Source of the DNA: Octopus sinensis
Lineage: Eukaryota
DNA: 64,000 nt
Reading direction: 5' to 3'
Assembly: GCF_006345805.1 (NCBI RefSeq)
Contig: NW_021835466.1
Coordinates: forward strand, 1 to 64,000
Part shown: in pieces, positions 63,549 to 64,000 of the stretch
How positions within the stretch are numbered: position 1 is the stretch's first letter
Layout: each line of letters opens with the position of its first letter
Made by a program: the position numbers and the translations under genes
Notes under the pieces: model-generated
The model's database searches: none
What the model saw: the letters and a program-made list of their open reading frames with translations, nothing else
What the model was told of the DNA's origin: nothing

Positions 63549-63550
<2 letters not shown>
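63492..63550 (+). ncRNA. Type I hammerhead ribozyme motif with long stem I
   Basis: AAGGAGCTTC-CTGAAGA-T-TTC-TCTT-GAA-T-GAAA-CAG-TTCTAGTC-CTG-TA-GAAGCTCCTT. 10-bp perfect stem I, 4-bp stem III, GUA triplet. Only 10.1/11.1 is U-U. Confidence 0.72.
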
Positions 63551-63589
<39 letters not shown>

Positions 63590-63599
63590 TCATTTAATT

Positions 63600-63930
63600 G
63601 TTTCACTCATAAGATTTCGGCCATGCTGGATTAAAACCTTGAGGAATTTTAGTCGAACTGATGGAACCCAGCACTCATTTTGAAGAGAGGTAACAGTTCT
63701 GTTGGGCTTATTTGGGGAACGGATAACTTGCGGAGACGTATACAAACCTTCCCATTTTGTCAATCATACATACATATTTATATTCCATCTACCAAATCCA
63801 CTTGCCAGGATTTCGTCGGCTCGATCTATAGTAGAAGACATCCGCCCAAGATGACACGCAGTGGGAGTGAAACCGGAGCCATCCAGTTGGGAAGGAAACG
63901 TCTTACCACACAACCACGTGTGCGCCTACT
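63600..63930 (-). mobile_element. SINE family A, old diverged
   Basis: Degenerate family A motifs. Confidence 0.6.
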
Positions 63931-64000
63931 CACAAGCATATATGTTTATAAGTGGTAAATATTCAAAAGAGGTGTATACTGCAGGTTGCTCTTCAGGCCA

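Noticed and set aside
3608-63958. Recurrent peptide YIRRASFSFRLPNPLTRHWSARGYSRRHLPK.. and similar
   Set aside because: These are translations of SINE A/B/C copies with tRNA-like heads; there is no sign of a protein-coding family.

Overview
This window is AT-rich, gene-poor animal genomic DNA packed with repeats. The (TA)n/(CA)n/(TCTA)n tracts and the SINE landscape suggest an octopus or other coleoid cephalopod (inference, not verified). No intact host gene can be supported, and almost all of the supplied ORFs are microsatellite or SINE artefacts. Three tRNA-derived SINE families (called A, B and C here) occur in about 40 copies. There is a near-complete but frameshifted L1/Tx1-type LINE ORF2 (about 31.2-34.5 kb, minus strand). 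Decayed relics include BEL/Pao, Helitron, three Tc1/mariner elements, an R4/Dong-like LINE, an RTE LINE, a second Tx1 copy and a Penelope-like RT. The main signal not explained by these is a set of short elements next to (TA)n tracts that carry type I hammerhead ribozyme cores: four near-canonical and about seven degenerate. Several sit in or beside long fold-back inverted repeats. This looks like a multi-family set of Penelope-derived or retrozyme-like self-cleaving elements. All motif calls were made by eye; boundaries are approximate to about 10 bp unless stated.
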